A DNA stretch of 52,086 nucleotides. It comes from Gemmatimonadota bacterium (GTDB taxonomy: Bacteria > Gemmatimonadota > Gemmatimonadetes > JACCXV01 > JAHWKZ01). The stretch's first letter is position 1; every line of letters begins with the position of its first letter. Shown here piece after piece: positions 1-11,679 of the stretch. Below the pieces are notes generated by a model. The model worked only from the letters and a program-made list of their open reading frames with translations, did no database searches and was not told the origin of the DNA. The translations under genes were made by a program, and so were the position numbers. The DNA lies in the NCBI GenBank assembly GCA_025937815.1, contig JAICQP010000002.1, forward strand, positions 1 to 52,086. Reading direction: 5' to 3'.

Positions 1-428
1 GACTCGTCCCGCGGTTCGACCCCGCCGATCCCCGCCGTCCAGCGCCGGTAGAACTCCATCGCGCCCAGGGTGATGAATCCCAGCTGACGGGCCGGCCCCC
101 GCACGTCGCCGTCGGACGATACGACCCAGGTGAAGGCGGAGCGGGACGCGAACGGCCCGCGACAGAGCTCGAGGAGCCGGTCGTCGGCGCTCGTTCCGGC
201 GGCCGGGTAGAGGATCGTCAGCCGGCCGGCGCGCGTCTGGCGGCTGCCGTCGCGGCCGTCCCAGACGAGGACGCAGCGCTTCACGCCTGCCCGCGCGGCG
301 GCCGCGGCCAGCCACGCCTCGAAGCGGTCGCGGGCGGAACCCAGGTCCCGCCCGCGCGGTGCGAACTTCGGAATGGCATGCAGGACGTTGTAGCCGTCGA
401 CGAGGACGGCGTGCGGACTCCCCCGCAC
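1..428 (-). CDS. NYN/YacP-like (PIN-fold) domain protein; 3' end cut by the window edge
   Basis: Minus-strand reading frame runs off the window start, so it is absent from the ORF track. GTG at 428 lies 20 nt downstream of the ctp stop. The translation VRGSPHAVLVDGYNVLHAIPKF...DDRLLELC... resembles YacP/Rae1-type NYN domains (LVDGYNV motif, recognised by eye). Confidence 0.5.
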   Translation of the reverse strand, partial: MRGSPHAVLVDGYNVLHAIPKFAPRGRDLGSARDRFEAWLAAAAARAGVKRCVLVWDGRDGSRQTRAGRLTILYPAAGTSADDRLLELCRGPFASRSAFTWVVSSDGDVRGPARQLGFITLGAMEFYRRWTAGIGGVEPRDE

Positions 429-447
429 TAGCCGCGCCCGCGTGGCA

Positions 448-2142
448 CTACTGCGGGGTGCCCGCCGTGGCCGGCGCTTCGGCCGAAGCGGTCGACTGGG
501 CGGCACGATCGGCGGCCGCCTCGCGCTCGAGACGCGCCAGCCGGAACAGATCGGCCAGCGTGTCGGCCTCCGACAGCAGATCCACCGCCTTCGCCAGCGG
601 AAGGTCGGCGCTCAGCACGGCCTGCCTCGCCTCGCCCTCGCCGTGATACTGGCTGATCAGCGTGTAGCGCAGGAAGTCGTTGATGTAGTCGCTCTCGGAG
701 TCGAACGCCTCGTCGGAGAAGTCGATCTCCTTGACCTCTCGAAGGTAGGCCCGGAACTCCTCGAGCACCGCCGCGTCGGGCCGGTAGTCGCGCGGGATCG
801 ATGGATGCGCGGCGCGGAAACGGACCGCGAAGGAGAAGAACGCGTTCTCCACAAAGATCTCCTGCAGGAGATCGCGCGAGACCTCGGCGATCTCGCTGGC
901 GCGAACGACGACGTCCGGCATGACGCCCCCGCCGCCGTAGACCGTGCGCCCCATGTCGGTTTGAAAGACCAGGCTGTCGGGAATATCCTGGCTCGACAGG
1001 GGGTTTCCATCGGCGTCCAGGGGCGCCTCTTCGGGCGTCCAGGGCCAGACGACCGCATTGAAATCGATCCCCAGCGTCTCGTCGCGCTGGATGCTGCGGC
1101 CGCTGGGCGTGAAGTAGCGAGCGGTAGTCAGCTTGAGGAAGTAGCCGTCGTCGAGCGGGAAGAGGCTCTGGACGAGCCCCTTGCCCCACGTCGTCTGGCC
1201 GACGAGGAGCGCGCGGTCGTGGTCCTGGAGCGCCCCGGAGACGATCTCGCTCGCCGACGCGCTCGCCCGGTTCACCAGCACGATCATGGGATGCACCGAG
1301 AAGTCATCGTTGTCGCGCGCGTTGTAAACCCGGTCCGACTCCGACATCCGGCCCCGGGTGGCCACGATCTCGGCGCCCCGTGGCAGGAACAGGTCGGTGA
1401 CCTCGATGGCCTGGTCGAGCAGGCCGCCTGGATTGTCGCGCAGGTCCAGGACCAGGCTCCGCATCCCCTGCTTTTCCAGGTCGCGCACGGCTTCGCGGAT
1501 CTCGTCTCTTCCGTGCTCGGAGAACTGCGTGAACCGGACGTAGCCGATGCCCTCCTGGAGCATGAACGCGTAGGGGACGGACGAGAGCGAGATCGGTTGG
1601 CGCTCTATCGGGACGTCGAGGGGCTCTTGCAACCCTTCGCGCGCGATCGACAGTGTGACCTCGCTGCCCCGTGGCCCTCGCAGCTCCTGCACGGCCCGCT
1701 CCTCGCTCCAGCCCTTGGTCGGTGTCCCGTCGACCGCCACGATGCGGTCCCCGGGTAACAGCCCCGCCTTGTACGCCGGAGTGCCTTCGATGGGAGAGAT
1801 CACGGTCAGCACCTGGTCGACGATGTCGATGCGGATCCCCAGGCCCTCGTAGTTCCCCTGCGTGTGGATCTGGAGATCCTCGTAGTCCTTGGGTGTGAGG
1901 AGCTGGGAGTACGGGTCGAGGGACAGGAGCATCCCGTTGAGGGCCCGCAGGTACAAGCTGTCCGAGGGGATGGAGTCGACGTACTTGTCGGAAACCTGAT
2001 GGATCGTCTCGTTCAGCAACTTGATCGCCTGATAGGGATCGTCTTCGCTGGACGCGGACAGGTCGTCGTAGATGATCCCGCCGGTCAGGACGGCGAGAAA
2101 GAACAGGACGATGAACAGGGACCCGATCCGCCTTCTGATCAT
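448..2142 (-). CDS. S41-family carboxy-terminal processing protease (Ctp/Prc-like) with PDZ domain
   Basis: 564-aa ORF with ATG at 2142. N-terminal hydrophobic anchor (LFIVLFFLAVLTGGII). PDZ-like segment GLGIRIDIV...GTPAYKAGLLPGDRIVAVDG. S41 core motifs LRDNPGGLL and VLVNRASASASEIV. The start overlaps the tmk stop (TAATG). Confidence 0.9.
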   Translation of the reverse strand: MIRRRIGSLFIVLFFLAVLTGGIIYDDLSASSEDDPYQAIKLLNETIHQVSDKYVDSIPSDSLYLRALNGMLLSLDPYSQLLTPKDYEDLQIHTQGNYEGLGIRIDIVDQVLTVISPIEGTPAYKAGLLPGDRIVAVDGTPTKGWSEERAVQELRGPRGSEVTLSIAREGLQEPLDVPIERQPISLSSVPYAFMLQEGIGYVRFTQFSEHGRDEIREAVRDLEKQGMRSLVLDLRDNPGGLLDQAIEVTDLFLPRGAEIVATRGRMSESDRVYNARDNDDFSVHPMIVLVNRASASASEIVSGALQDHDRALLVGQTTWGKGLVQSLFPLDDGYFLKLTTARYFTPSGRSIQRDETLGIDFNAVVWPWTPEEAPLDADGNPLSSQDIPDSLVFQTDMGRTVYGGGGVMPDVVVRASEIAEVSRDLLQEIFVENAFFSFAVRFRAAHPSIPRDYRPDAAVLEEFRAYLREVKEIDFSDEAFDSESDYINDFLRYTLISQYHGEGEARQAVLSADLPLAKAVDLLSEADTLADLFRLARLEREAAADRAAQSTASAEAPATAGTPQ

Positions 2143-2846
2143 TAGGTTTCCGTCCTTGAAGTTGGGATCCGCTCCGCCAGTGCTTCCAGAACCGCGTCGC
2201 GGATCGCTGCCTGCACCGTGTCTATCGGATCTGTACCATCCAAAACGACGAACCGTTCCGGTTCGTTCAGTGCCATCTCCCGGTATCCGCTCCGCACCCG
2301 GTCGTGGAACGACCGCCCGGCACGCTCGATGCGGTCGGCCGGCCGCTGTCTGGACCGCTCCGCGGACGCCTCCACCGGAACGTCGATCAGGACGGTGAGG
2401 TCGGGCGTCAGCCCGCGCGTGAAGTACGCGTTGAGCGCCTTCACGCGATCCGGGTCCAGCCCCCGCCCGTACCCCTGATACGCGACCGACGAATCGCCGT
2501 ACCGATCGAGGAGGACGACCTTACCCGCCTCGAGGCCGGGCCGGACGACCTCCGCGACGAGCTCCGCGCGGGCCGCCAGGAACAGGGCCAGCTCCGATTC
2601 GGGCGACAGATCCTCCCGCGCGGTGCGGAGGAGGAGCTCGCGGACCGCTTCCCCCACCTGCGTCGTCCCCGGCTCACGGGCCGTCACCACTTCGTGTCCC
2701 TCGTCGAGCAAGAAATCGGCCAGCCGTTCGATCTGGGTCGACTTCCCGCTCCCTTCCCCTCCCTCGAACGTCACCAGAAGGCCGGGGTCGCGTCGAGGGG
2801 CTGTCTGCACCGGCAGGAATATCGTCCGGGCGGGGGCCAAACTCAA
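2142..2846 (-). CDS. tmk: thymidylate (dTMP) kinase, canonical
   Basis: P-loop FEGGEGSGKSTQ, REPG nucleotide motif and LLDRYGDSSVAYQG (DRY) motif. The track start at 2846 is a TTG; a GTG at 2813 is an alternative. Confidence 0.9.
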   Translation of the reverse strand: MSLAPARTIFLPVQTAPRRDPGLLVTFEGGEGSGKSTQIERLADFLLDEGHEVVTAREPGTTQVGEAVRELLLRTAREDLSPESELALFLAARAELVAEVVRPGLEAGKVVLLDRYGDSSVAYQGYGRGLDPDRVKALNAYFTRGLTPDLTVLIDVPVEASAERSRQRPADRIERAGRSFHDRVRSGYREMALNEPERFVVLDGTDPIDTVQAAIRDAVLEALAERIPTSRTET

Positions 2847-2877
2847 GGCGGGGATGGCGTCAGAACGCCGCGGTCGG

Positions 2878-4617
2878 CTAGATCCCGGAGTCGAAGAGAA
2901 GCCAGCCGTCCGGGTCGAGGATCACCTCCACCGGACCCTCCAGGTCGAGCGGGATCTCCGCCGTCACGCCGTCCATCTCGACCGTGTGGCGCTCGGAACG
3001 CCCTCCCGCCCGCAGCTCGACCTCGACGGCGAGCCGATAGGGCTCCCCGGACTGGCGCTGCTCGATCCGCAGCGTCCGGCCACCGCCCCCTTCCACCACC
3101 GAGGCCGACAGGACCGGCATCCCGGGCCGGACGACCCATTGCGCGAAGAACCACGCCAGCGGCCGTCCCGCCGCCTCTTCCATGATGCGCGCGAAATCGG
3201 ACGTCCACGCGGTTGTGCCCCTCAGGGTCGCGTAGTAGTCCCGCACCCCCTCGAAGAAGGCCTCGTCGCCGATCAGGCGGCGCAGCATGTGGAGCACCCA
3301 AGCGCCCTTCTCGTAGCTCTCCGCGTCGAGCAGCTCAGCGTATTCGCCGGGGCCGACGTCGGGCTGATAGATCGCCAGCGGCGCGGCGGATTCCAGCTGG
3401 CGGACGGCTGCGGCCCGCGTCCGCATCTGGCGCGCGAGCTCGGCCGGTCCGCGGCCGTGGAGGCCCCCGTGGAACTCGAAGAAGACGGCGTCGAAGTACT
3501 CGGCGAACCCCTCGGAGAGCCACAGGTGATTCCAGTCGGCCTCGGTCACCGCGTCGCCGAACCACTGGTGGACCGTCTCGTGCGCCACCAGGCTCGTCAG
3601 CCCCTCGCGCTCCTCCGCGTCGGCCGCGGTCGCTCCGCCGATCCGGCTCTGGCTGTAGAAGATGGCGCCCGGATTCTCCATGCCGCCGAACCTCGTGGCC
3701 GACTGCACGTGGGCGAGCTTCTCGTAGGGATAGGGACCGAAGAGGGAGTCGTAGAACGCCAGGATCTCGGTCGAGCGCGAGAACGCGATCGCCCCCGCGG
3801 CGGAATCCTCGGCGAAGGTCCAGTGCGTTACCTCGATCCCGTCGACCTCGCCGGCCCGCTCCACTGCGAAGTCGGCGACACCGATCACCATCCCGTACAC
3901 GGGGATCTCCGTCGACTCGGCCCAGCGGGTCCGCCTGCGCCCGTCGCCCAGATCCGCCCGCTCGACGAGCACGCCGTTCGCCACCACCTCGAGCGCGGCG
4001 GGCGCGATGACGTCGAACTCGACGGTTGCCTTGTCGGACGGGTGGTCGACCGAGGGGAACCAGTGGCGCCCGCGGTCGGCCCAGTTGTCGGCGAACGCGG
4101 AGCGGCCGCCGTGGCGATCGAGGCCCACGATGAGCCCGTCCGCCGGCACGCCGTGATACCACACCACCGTCTCGGCCCGCGCGCCCGCCGCGGTCGGGAC
4201 CTCGAGCGTCAGGCGATCACCCTCGCGCGCGAACTCCGTCGGCCGGCCGTCGACCGTCACGCTGTCGACGATCATCGCGGAACCCAAATCGAGCACGACT
4301 CGGGACAGGTCTTGCGATACCGCCTGGTACAGGACCGCCGCGCGGCCTTCGACCTGCGCGCCCTCGGCCGGCAGCTCGATCGCGATCTCGTAATGGAGGA
4401 CGTCGAGCGCCGGCTGGCGCTCGTACCCGTCGGCCGCGACCGAGGGGACTCCGAAATCGGGCTGGGACTGCGCCCGCGCCGCCGTCGCACCAAAGACAGT
4501 CGCCAGCAAAAACCCCAGCAAGGTCAGTATCACCAGGGACCGCTCAGGGCGGCGGAAATCAAGGCGCACGACGAGAGGATTCCGAGGCGTACTGAAAGGT
4601 ACGCCGCAGGAAGACAC
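2878..4617 (-). CDS. M1-family zinc aminopeptidase (aminopeptidase N-like), secreted
   Basis: GMENPG exopeptidase motif and HETVHQWFG...WLSEGFAEY (HExxH-18-E zinc site). N-terminal signal-like LVILTLLGFLLATVFGATAARAQ. The start is GTG at 4617 or GTG at 4569. Confidence 0.85.
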   Translation of the reverse strand: MSSCGVPFSTPRNPLVVRLDFRRPERSLVILTLLGFLLATVFGATAARAQSQPDFGVPSVAADGYERQPALDVLHYEIAIELPAEGAQVEGRAAVLYQAVSQDLSRVVLDLGSAMIVDSVTVDGRPTEFAREGDRLTLEVPTAAGARAETVVWYHGVPADGLIVGLDRHGGRSAFADNWADRGRHWFPSVDHPSDKATVEFDVIAPAALEVVANGVLVERADLGDGRRRTRWAESTEIPVYGMVIGVADFAVERAGEVDGIEVTHWTFAEDSAAGAIAFSRSTEILAFYDSLFGPYPYEKLAHVQSATRFGGMENPGAIFYSQSRIGGATAADAEEREGLTSLVAHETVHQWFGDAVTEADWNHLWLSEGFAEYFDAVFFEFHGGLHGRGPAELARQMRTRAAAVRQLESAAPLAIYQPDVGPGEYAELLDAESYEKGAWVLHMLRRLIGDEAFFEGVRDYYATLRGTTAWTSDFARIMEEAAGRPLAWFFAQWVVRPGMPVLSASVVEGGGGRTLRIEQRQSGEPYRLAVEVELRAGGRSERHTVEMDGVTAEIPLDLEGPVEVILDPDGWLLFDSGI

Positions 4618-4659
4618 GAGGAGTGCAACGCAGAGTTCCGTCGTCCTCAGCGGTCCCCG

Positions 4660-6036
4660 TCAATCGGCGTAGTACTCCAGTCCCAGGTGCGTTATCTGCT
4701 CCTCCCCCATCAGATGCCGGAGCGTGTTCTTCAGCTTCATCTGCTGGATGAAGAGATCGTGCTCGGGGTACAGGTTGGGCGCTGTCATCGGGCTCTTCCA
4801 GTAGAAGGAGAGCCACTCCTGGATGCCGCTCATCCCGGCGCGCGCGGCAAGGTCGAGGAACAGCGCCAGGTCGAGGACGATCGGCGCCGCGAGGATCGAG
4901 TCGCGGCACAGGAAGTCGATCTTGATCTGCATCGGGTAACCCAGCCACCCGAAGATGTCGATGTTGTCCCAGCCCTCCTTGTTGTCTCCGCGGGGCGGGT
5001 AGTAGTTGATCCGCACGACGTGCGAGATGTCGCCGTAGAGGTCCGGATAGAGCTCCGGCTGGAGGATGTAGTCGAGCACGCCGAGCTTCGACTCCTCCTT
5101 CGTCCTGAACGACTCCGGGTCGTCCAGCACCTCTCCGTCGCGGTTACCGAGGATGTTCGTCGAGTACCAGCCCTGGATGCCGAGGAGCCGGGCCTTGAAG
5201 CCGGGGGCGAGGATCGTCTTCATCAGGGTCTGGCCCGTCTTGAAGTCCTTGCCCGTGATCGGCACCTCGTTCCTGTCCGCCAGGTCGAGCAGCGCGGGCA
5301 CGTCGGCTGAAAGATTGGGAGCGCCGTTGGCGTATGGGATCCCGCTCTTGATCGCGGCGTAGGCGTAGACCATGGAGGGCGGGATCGCGTCGTCGTTCGC
5401 ATCCAGCCCCTTCTCGAAGGCCTCGATCGACGCGTGGACCGCGGTCGGCTCCAGGAAAACTTCGGTCGAGCCGCACCAGATGAGCACCAACCGGTCGCAG
5501 CCGTTCTCCCGCTTGAACTTTTCGATGTCGGCGATCAGCTGGTTGGCCCACTCGCGCTTGGAGCGGCTCTCGATCACGTACGTTCCGTTCAGCTTCTTGA
5601 CGTAACGCTGGTCGAATGCGCCCCTCATGGGCCGAATGCCGTCCAGAAAGTCCTTGAGCCCGTCGACCTGCACGCGCTCGAGGACGCCGGCGTTGGCGGC
5701 CGACTCGTAGGCCGTGTCCGGAAAGATGTCCCAGCCTCCGAACACCAGCTGGTCGAGGTCCGCGAGCGGGACGAACTCCTTGATTCTGGGGACGCGCTTC
5801 TCGGGGCGGCCGCCCAGCCGGATCGTGCCCATCTGGGTCAGCGATCCGAACGGCTTGGCCGAGCCGCGGCGCACGGCTTCCACCCCCGCGATGAACGTCG
5901 TCGCCACCGCGCCCATGCCTGCCAGGAGCACGCCGAGCTTACCGCCGGCCGGAGCGATCTCTGTGGGCTCCGGACGCACCTGTTGGAGCGGCTTGGGGCC
6001 CGGTTTCCGCTTCTCTGCCTTCATTCTCCTATTCAT
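4660..6036 (-). CDS. ino1: myo-inositol-1-phosphate synthase
   Basis: The translation from ATG 6036 (MNRRMKAEKRK...) carries MIPS-type motifs: GVLLAGMGAVATTF, LIWCGSTE, YANGAPNLS, STNILGNRDG, CRDSILAAP. The 111 upstream codons of track ORF 4660..6369 are R/G/P-rich read-through. The ATG overlaps the upstream stop as ATGA (6033-6036). Confidence 0.88.
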   Translation of the reverse strand: MNRRMKAEKRKPGPKPLQQVRPEPTEIAPAGGKLGVLLAGMGAVATTFIAGVEAVRRGSAKPFGSLTQMGTIRLGGRPEKRVPRIKEFVPLADLDQLVFGGWDIFPDTAYESAANAGVLERVQVDGLKDFLDGIRPMRGAFDQRYVKKLNGTYVIESRSKREWANQLIADIEKFKRENGCDRLVLIWCGSTEVFLEPTAVHASIEAFEKGLDANDDAIPPSMVYAYAAIKSGIPYANGAPNLSADVPALLDLADRNEVPITGKDFKTGQTLMKTILAPGFKARLLGIQGWYSTNILGNRDGEVLDDPESFRTKEESKLGVLDYILQPELYPDLYGDISHVVRINYYPPRGDNKEGWDNIDIFGWLGYPMQIKIDFLCRDSILAAPIVLDLALFLDLAARAGMSGIQEWLSFYWKSPMTAPNLYPEHDLFIQQMKLKNTLRHLMGEEQITHLGLEYYAD

Positions 6037-6701
6037 CCTTTCTTCGCGTGTCGATTGGTCGCCGGGACGGTCCCGTCGAGGGGGACGCCGCGGGCGACCT
6101 TGTATACGGAGTAGATGCGCTCCAGGGCGGTGATGTTCGCCAGCACGGCTATCAATCCGAGCGCCAGAAGCAGCGGCGCGTATCGCCAGCCCGGAGCGAT
6201 CAGCTCGAATACGGGGATCAAGAGTCCCCCCACCCCCAACAGGACGACGCGCTCGGGCCGCTGCATCGTCCCCACCTTGCATTCCACGCCCAGGGCCTCG
6301 GCCTTGGCTCGCGTGTAGGAGACCATCAGCGAGCCCACCATCGCCAGGATCACCACGTAGCCGACCCACCAGAAGTTCGGCAGCGGACGGAAATACGCGT
6401 AGAGGGAGAAATACACTACGATCTCCGACACCCGATCGAGCGTGGAGTCATAGAACGAGCCGAACTTCGAGGCGAGCCCCGTCTCCCGCGCGACGCGCCC
6501 ATCCAAAATGTCCATCATTCCCCCGAGGAGGAACACGACCACGCCCGCGATGATCGACCGCTGGAAGATCAAGATCGCTCCTGCCAGCGTGACGAGGAAG
6601 CCGAACGAGCTGATGATGTTGGGATGCACCCGATTGCGGATGAGGGTCGCGACGACCGGATTCAGCAGCCGGACGAACCCGTTCTTGAACCACTCGGGCA
6701 T
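6033..6701 (-). CDS. CDP-alcohol phosphatidyltransferase (phosphatidylinositol-phosphate synthase-like)
   Basis: Exact family signature D-x2-D-G-x2-A-R-x8-G-x3-D-x3-D in DILDGRVARETGLASKFGSFYDSTLD. Multiple TM helices. Translationally coupled to the inositol-1-phosphate synthase gene. Confidence 0.85.
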   Translation of the reverse strand: MPEWFKNGFVRLLNPVVATLIRNRVHPNIISSFGFLVTLAGAILIFQRSIIAGVVVFLLGGMMDILDGRVARETGLASKFGSFYDSTLDRVSEIVVYFSLYAYFRPLPNFWWVGYVVILAMVGSLMVSYTRAKAEALGVECKVGTMQRPERVVLLGVGGLLIPVFELIAPGWRYAPLLLALGLIAVLANITALERIYSVYKVARGVPLDGTVPATNRHAKKG

Positions 6702-6720
6702 GGGGCCTCCGCAGCGAGAA

Positions 6721-6750
6721 GGCCCGCAGCCGCCGGAGCGGCAGCGGGCC
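6721..6750 (-). terminator. GC-rich hairpin 33 nt downstream of trxA (possible intrinsic terminator/attenuator)
   Basis: ggcccgcagccgc-cgga-gcggcagcgggcc forms 12 bp plus one A.A mismatch with a 4-nt loop. On the minus strand it is followed by TTCTCGC, which is only a weak U-tract. Confidence 0.4.
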
Positions 6751-6782
6751 CTCGCCTCACGTCGTTCGAGCGCGATCGCCCA

Positions 6783-7115
6783 CTAAATGTGAGCTTCGAT
6801 CACCTCTTCGAGCCGCTGCTTGCGCACCGCCCCGACGACCGTCTCGACGACCTTTCCGTCCTTGAAGAAGAGGAGGCTTGGAATCGACCGGACCGCGTAC
6901 TGCTGCGCGGTGCGCTGGTTCTCGTCGACGTCGACCTTACACACCTTAAGGCGCCCCTCGTACTCGTGCGCGAGCTCGTCGACGGTGGGCGCGATCATCT
7001 TGCAGGGACCGCACCACTCGGCCCAGAAGTCGACCAGGGTGAGAGTGTCCGACTCCTTCACCTGGGCCTCGAACGTCTCGTCCGTGACCGTATGGACCTT
7101 GCCGTTGGATGCCAT
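6783..7115 (-). CDS. trxA: thioredoxin
   Basis: 110 aa with the WAEWCGPCK active site and typical thioredoxin length and fold pattern. Confidence 0.95.
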   Translation of the reverse strand: MASNGKVHTVTDETFEAQVKESDTLTLVDFWAEWCGPCKMIAPTVDELAHEYEGRLKVCKVDVDENQRTAQQYAVRSIPSLLFFKDGKVVETVVGAVRKQRLEEVIEAHI

Positions 7116-7257
7116 GGAGATTCCCTTCCGGATATGGGCCGTGGTCGCTCGACGGAGGCCCGCGTGAGTGGCTATACTAACGGCCGCGACTTCGGAGTGT
7201 CAACCGAGTGGCTCGCTGTTTCTGACCCGCATTTCCCCCCCACTGGAGGGGTCCGCG

Positions 7258-7731
7258 ATGAGCGTCCGACTCGCCCATATAGGCATCGCCGTTCGCTCGA
7301 TCGTCGACGCCCGCATCTTCTACGAAGAGGTGCTGGGACTGGAGGTCGAAAGCGTCGAGGAAATCGAGAGCGAGGGGGTCAAGGTCGCCCTCCTGCCCTT
7401 CCCCGGCGGCGAGATCGAGCTCTTGGAGCCCCTGTCCGAGGACACGCCGGTCGGGCGCTTCCTCGAGAAACACGGCGAAGGACTGCACCATCTTTCGTTC
7501 GAGGTCCCGGACGTGCACCGCTCCATCGTCGCCGGTATCGAGCATGGCGTGGAAACGGTGGGCGAAGCCCCCCGCACGGGCGCCGAGGGCCGGGAGATCG
7601 CGTTCTTCCATCCCCTGTTCACGCATGGTGTGCTGATCGAGATCTGCGGACGGAAAAACGGCGGTCGCGATGGGGATCCCGGCGGCGTCGGAGACGGCGC
7701 CGTAAGCGAGCTCAGCGGAGACGCCTACTAG
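7258..7731 (+). CDS. methylmalonyl-CoA epimerase / VOC (glyoxalase-fold) family protein
   Basis: ATG at 7258 is preceded by GGAGGG. HIGIAV...IELLEP...GLHHLSFEV...HGVLIEI matches the MCE/VOC pattern. The upstream part of track ORF 7168.. has no SD and looks non-coding. Confidence 0.75.
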   Translation: MSVRLAHIGIAVRSIVDARIFYEEVLGLEVESVEEIESEGVKVALLPFPGGEIELLEPLSEDTPVGRFLEKHGEGLHHLSFEVPDVHRSIVAGIEHGVETVGEAPRTGAEGREIAFFHPLFTHGVLIEICGRKNGGRDGDPGGVGDGAVSELSGDAY

Positions 7732-7751
7732 CCCGATCGCGTTGCGCGCCC

Positions 7752-10355
<2,604 letters not shown>

Positions 10356-10409
10356 GGGTTCGAGAGAATACCGCCAGTACCGGTACCGGCAAGTCCGACC
10401 GGCGTTCTA

Positions 10410-11564
10410 CTACGTCCTTCCCTCGAGGGAGGCGAGCCAGGCCGCGTTCAATGCCGTAAGGGAGCGGTACTGCGGTCGTGGCGATAGCCATTCTCTGCGC
10501 AGCGCCTCCACATCGACCCATGCTGGGTCGAGGCCGCGGCCGTTCCAAGCTTGCGCGAACGCACGGGTCTCCCGCCCACCGTGCAGCTCGTCGAAGACGG
10601 CCTTTGTCGTGCGCTGGACGATTTGCGGAGGCAGGACGTCCCCGAAGTGGAGCTCCATGGCGGCGGCCCGACTCGGGAATCCTCCTCGGGGCGCGGATTC
10701 TCCCAGGACCCGGATGAATCCCGGATTGAAGAACGGCTGTATCAGCGACACTTCTTCGTCCCGGGCCAGGGCCGCGAAGATGGCTTGGGTCAGCTCGTAG
10801 TTCCGTGATTCCGGGACCTGCTGGATCGACTCCACCCAGCTAGCGCCGCGTTGTCGCCGGAGGAGGGCGCGGTATTTCCGTTCCAGCTCGCGCCTCGCGA
10901 CCGAGCGCAACCACGGGAATTCCTCCCGGCGGCGGAGTCTCACGTAGACCCGAAGCCGTTCCGGGAGCAGGTTGAATGCTGCGCGCTTGACCGCCTTGCG
11001 TAAGGGGCGCCCATGAACGTCGAGCCTCTCCCGCGCTGCGTGACGTCTATAGGGTGAGAACACCTCGTCTCCACCCGTCCCGAATACGAGCACATGTCCA
11101 CGGGCGACCTGGAGCAGAGGCACGATACGGTGCGCGACGGGAGGCCAGAACAGACCGTGACGCCGGAGGACTTCGGCCGCTACAGGGCCTAGCGGATCCA
11201 GCTCTTCACCGATGGTGACGATCTCCCATCGGCGAAGACCGAGGTGGTCGATCGTTATTTTCTGCCAGTCGTTCTCGTTGGACCGCGGTCGGTTCTCGAA
11301 CCGCAGCGTGACGGGAACGGGATCGGACAGGCCGCGTTCCCGCGCGAGATGCGTGCCAAGACATAGAAGCGCTGCGGAGTCGCGCCCCCCCGAAAAGCCC
11401 ATGAAGCATGGATCGTTTTCCAGTGCCGGGACCAGCAGATCTTCCAATACGCCCCGGACGGTCGAGGACGCGAGGGGAGGACCTGAAGCGACACGGTACG
11501 AGTGCCGCTTCCCCAACACGATGCCGGAACAGATCTCGAGGGGTTCGAGCGGCGGAAGTGCCAT
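10410..11564 (-). CDS. asparagine-synthetase-like PP-loop ATP-pyrophosphatase, C-terminal (adenylating) domain only; candidate RiPP-modifying enzyme
   Basis: SGGRDS PP-loop about 55 aa from the ATG at 11564, and a FGTGGDEVF motif as in the AsnB/lasso-cyclase synthetase domain. There is no N-terminal Ntn/glutaminase-type domain. The track start at 11735 is a GTG giving an R/S/A-rich extension that overlaps the precursor ORF, so I judge it unlikely. Confidence 0.7.
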   Translation of the reverse strand: MALPPLEPLEICSGIVLGKRHSYRVASGPPLASSTVRGVLEDLLVPALENDPCFMGFSGGRDSAALLCLGTHLARERGLSDPVPVTLRFENRPRSNENDWQKITIDHLGLRRWEIVTIGEELDPLGPVAAEVLRRHGLFWPPVAHRIVPLLQVARGHVLVFGTGGDEVFSPYRRHAARERLDVHGRPLRKAVKRAAFNLLPERLRVYVRLRRREEFPWLRSVARRELERKYRALLRRQRGASWVESIQQVPESRNYELTQAIFAALARDEEVSLIQPFFNPGFIRVLGESAPRGGFPSRAAAMELHFGDVLPPQIVQRTTKAVFDELHGGRETRAFAQAWNGRGLDPAWVDVEALRREWLSPRPQYRSLTALNAAWLASLEGRT

Positions 11565-11584
11565 CGGTTCCGCGAGGGGTCCCC

Positions 11585-11616
11585 AGCGGGCGCGCCCGGC
11601 GACGGACGCGCCCGCT
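11585..11616 (-). promoter_or_regulatory. 10-bp GC hairpin in the spacer between the precursor ORF and the enzyme gene
   Basis: agcgggcgcg-(12 nt)-cgcgcccgct is a perfect 10-bp stem with no clear U-tract. Its position (after the small ORF, before the enzyme) is typical of stoichiometry-setting attenuators in RiPP operons. That role is an inference. Confidence 0.4.
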
Positions 11617-11679
11617 GTTTCTAGGACGAAAGAGGGTTTGGATCGTCGAGCGATGGGCGAGATCGAGGTGACCCGAAGC

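Noticed and set aside
7149-7178. A sigma70-like promoter (TCGACG-18 nt-TATACT) upstream of the epimerase gene, and TTGCCC-17 nt-TAGACT at about 11976-12004 upstream of the nitrilase gene.
   Set aside because: The matches are weak, the lineage and its promoter consensus are unknown, and such hexamers arise easily in the few AT-richer intergenic stretches. They are not reported as features.
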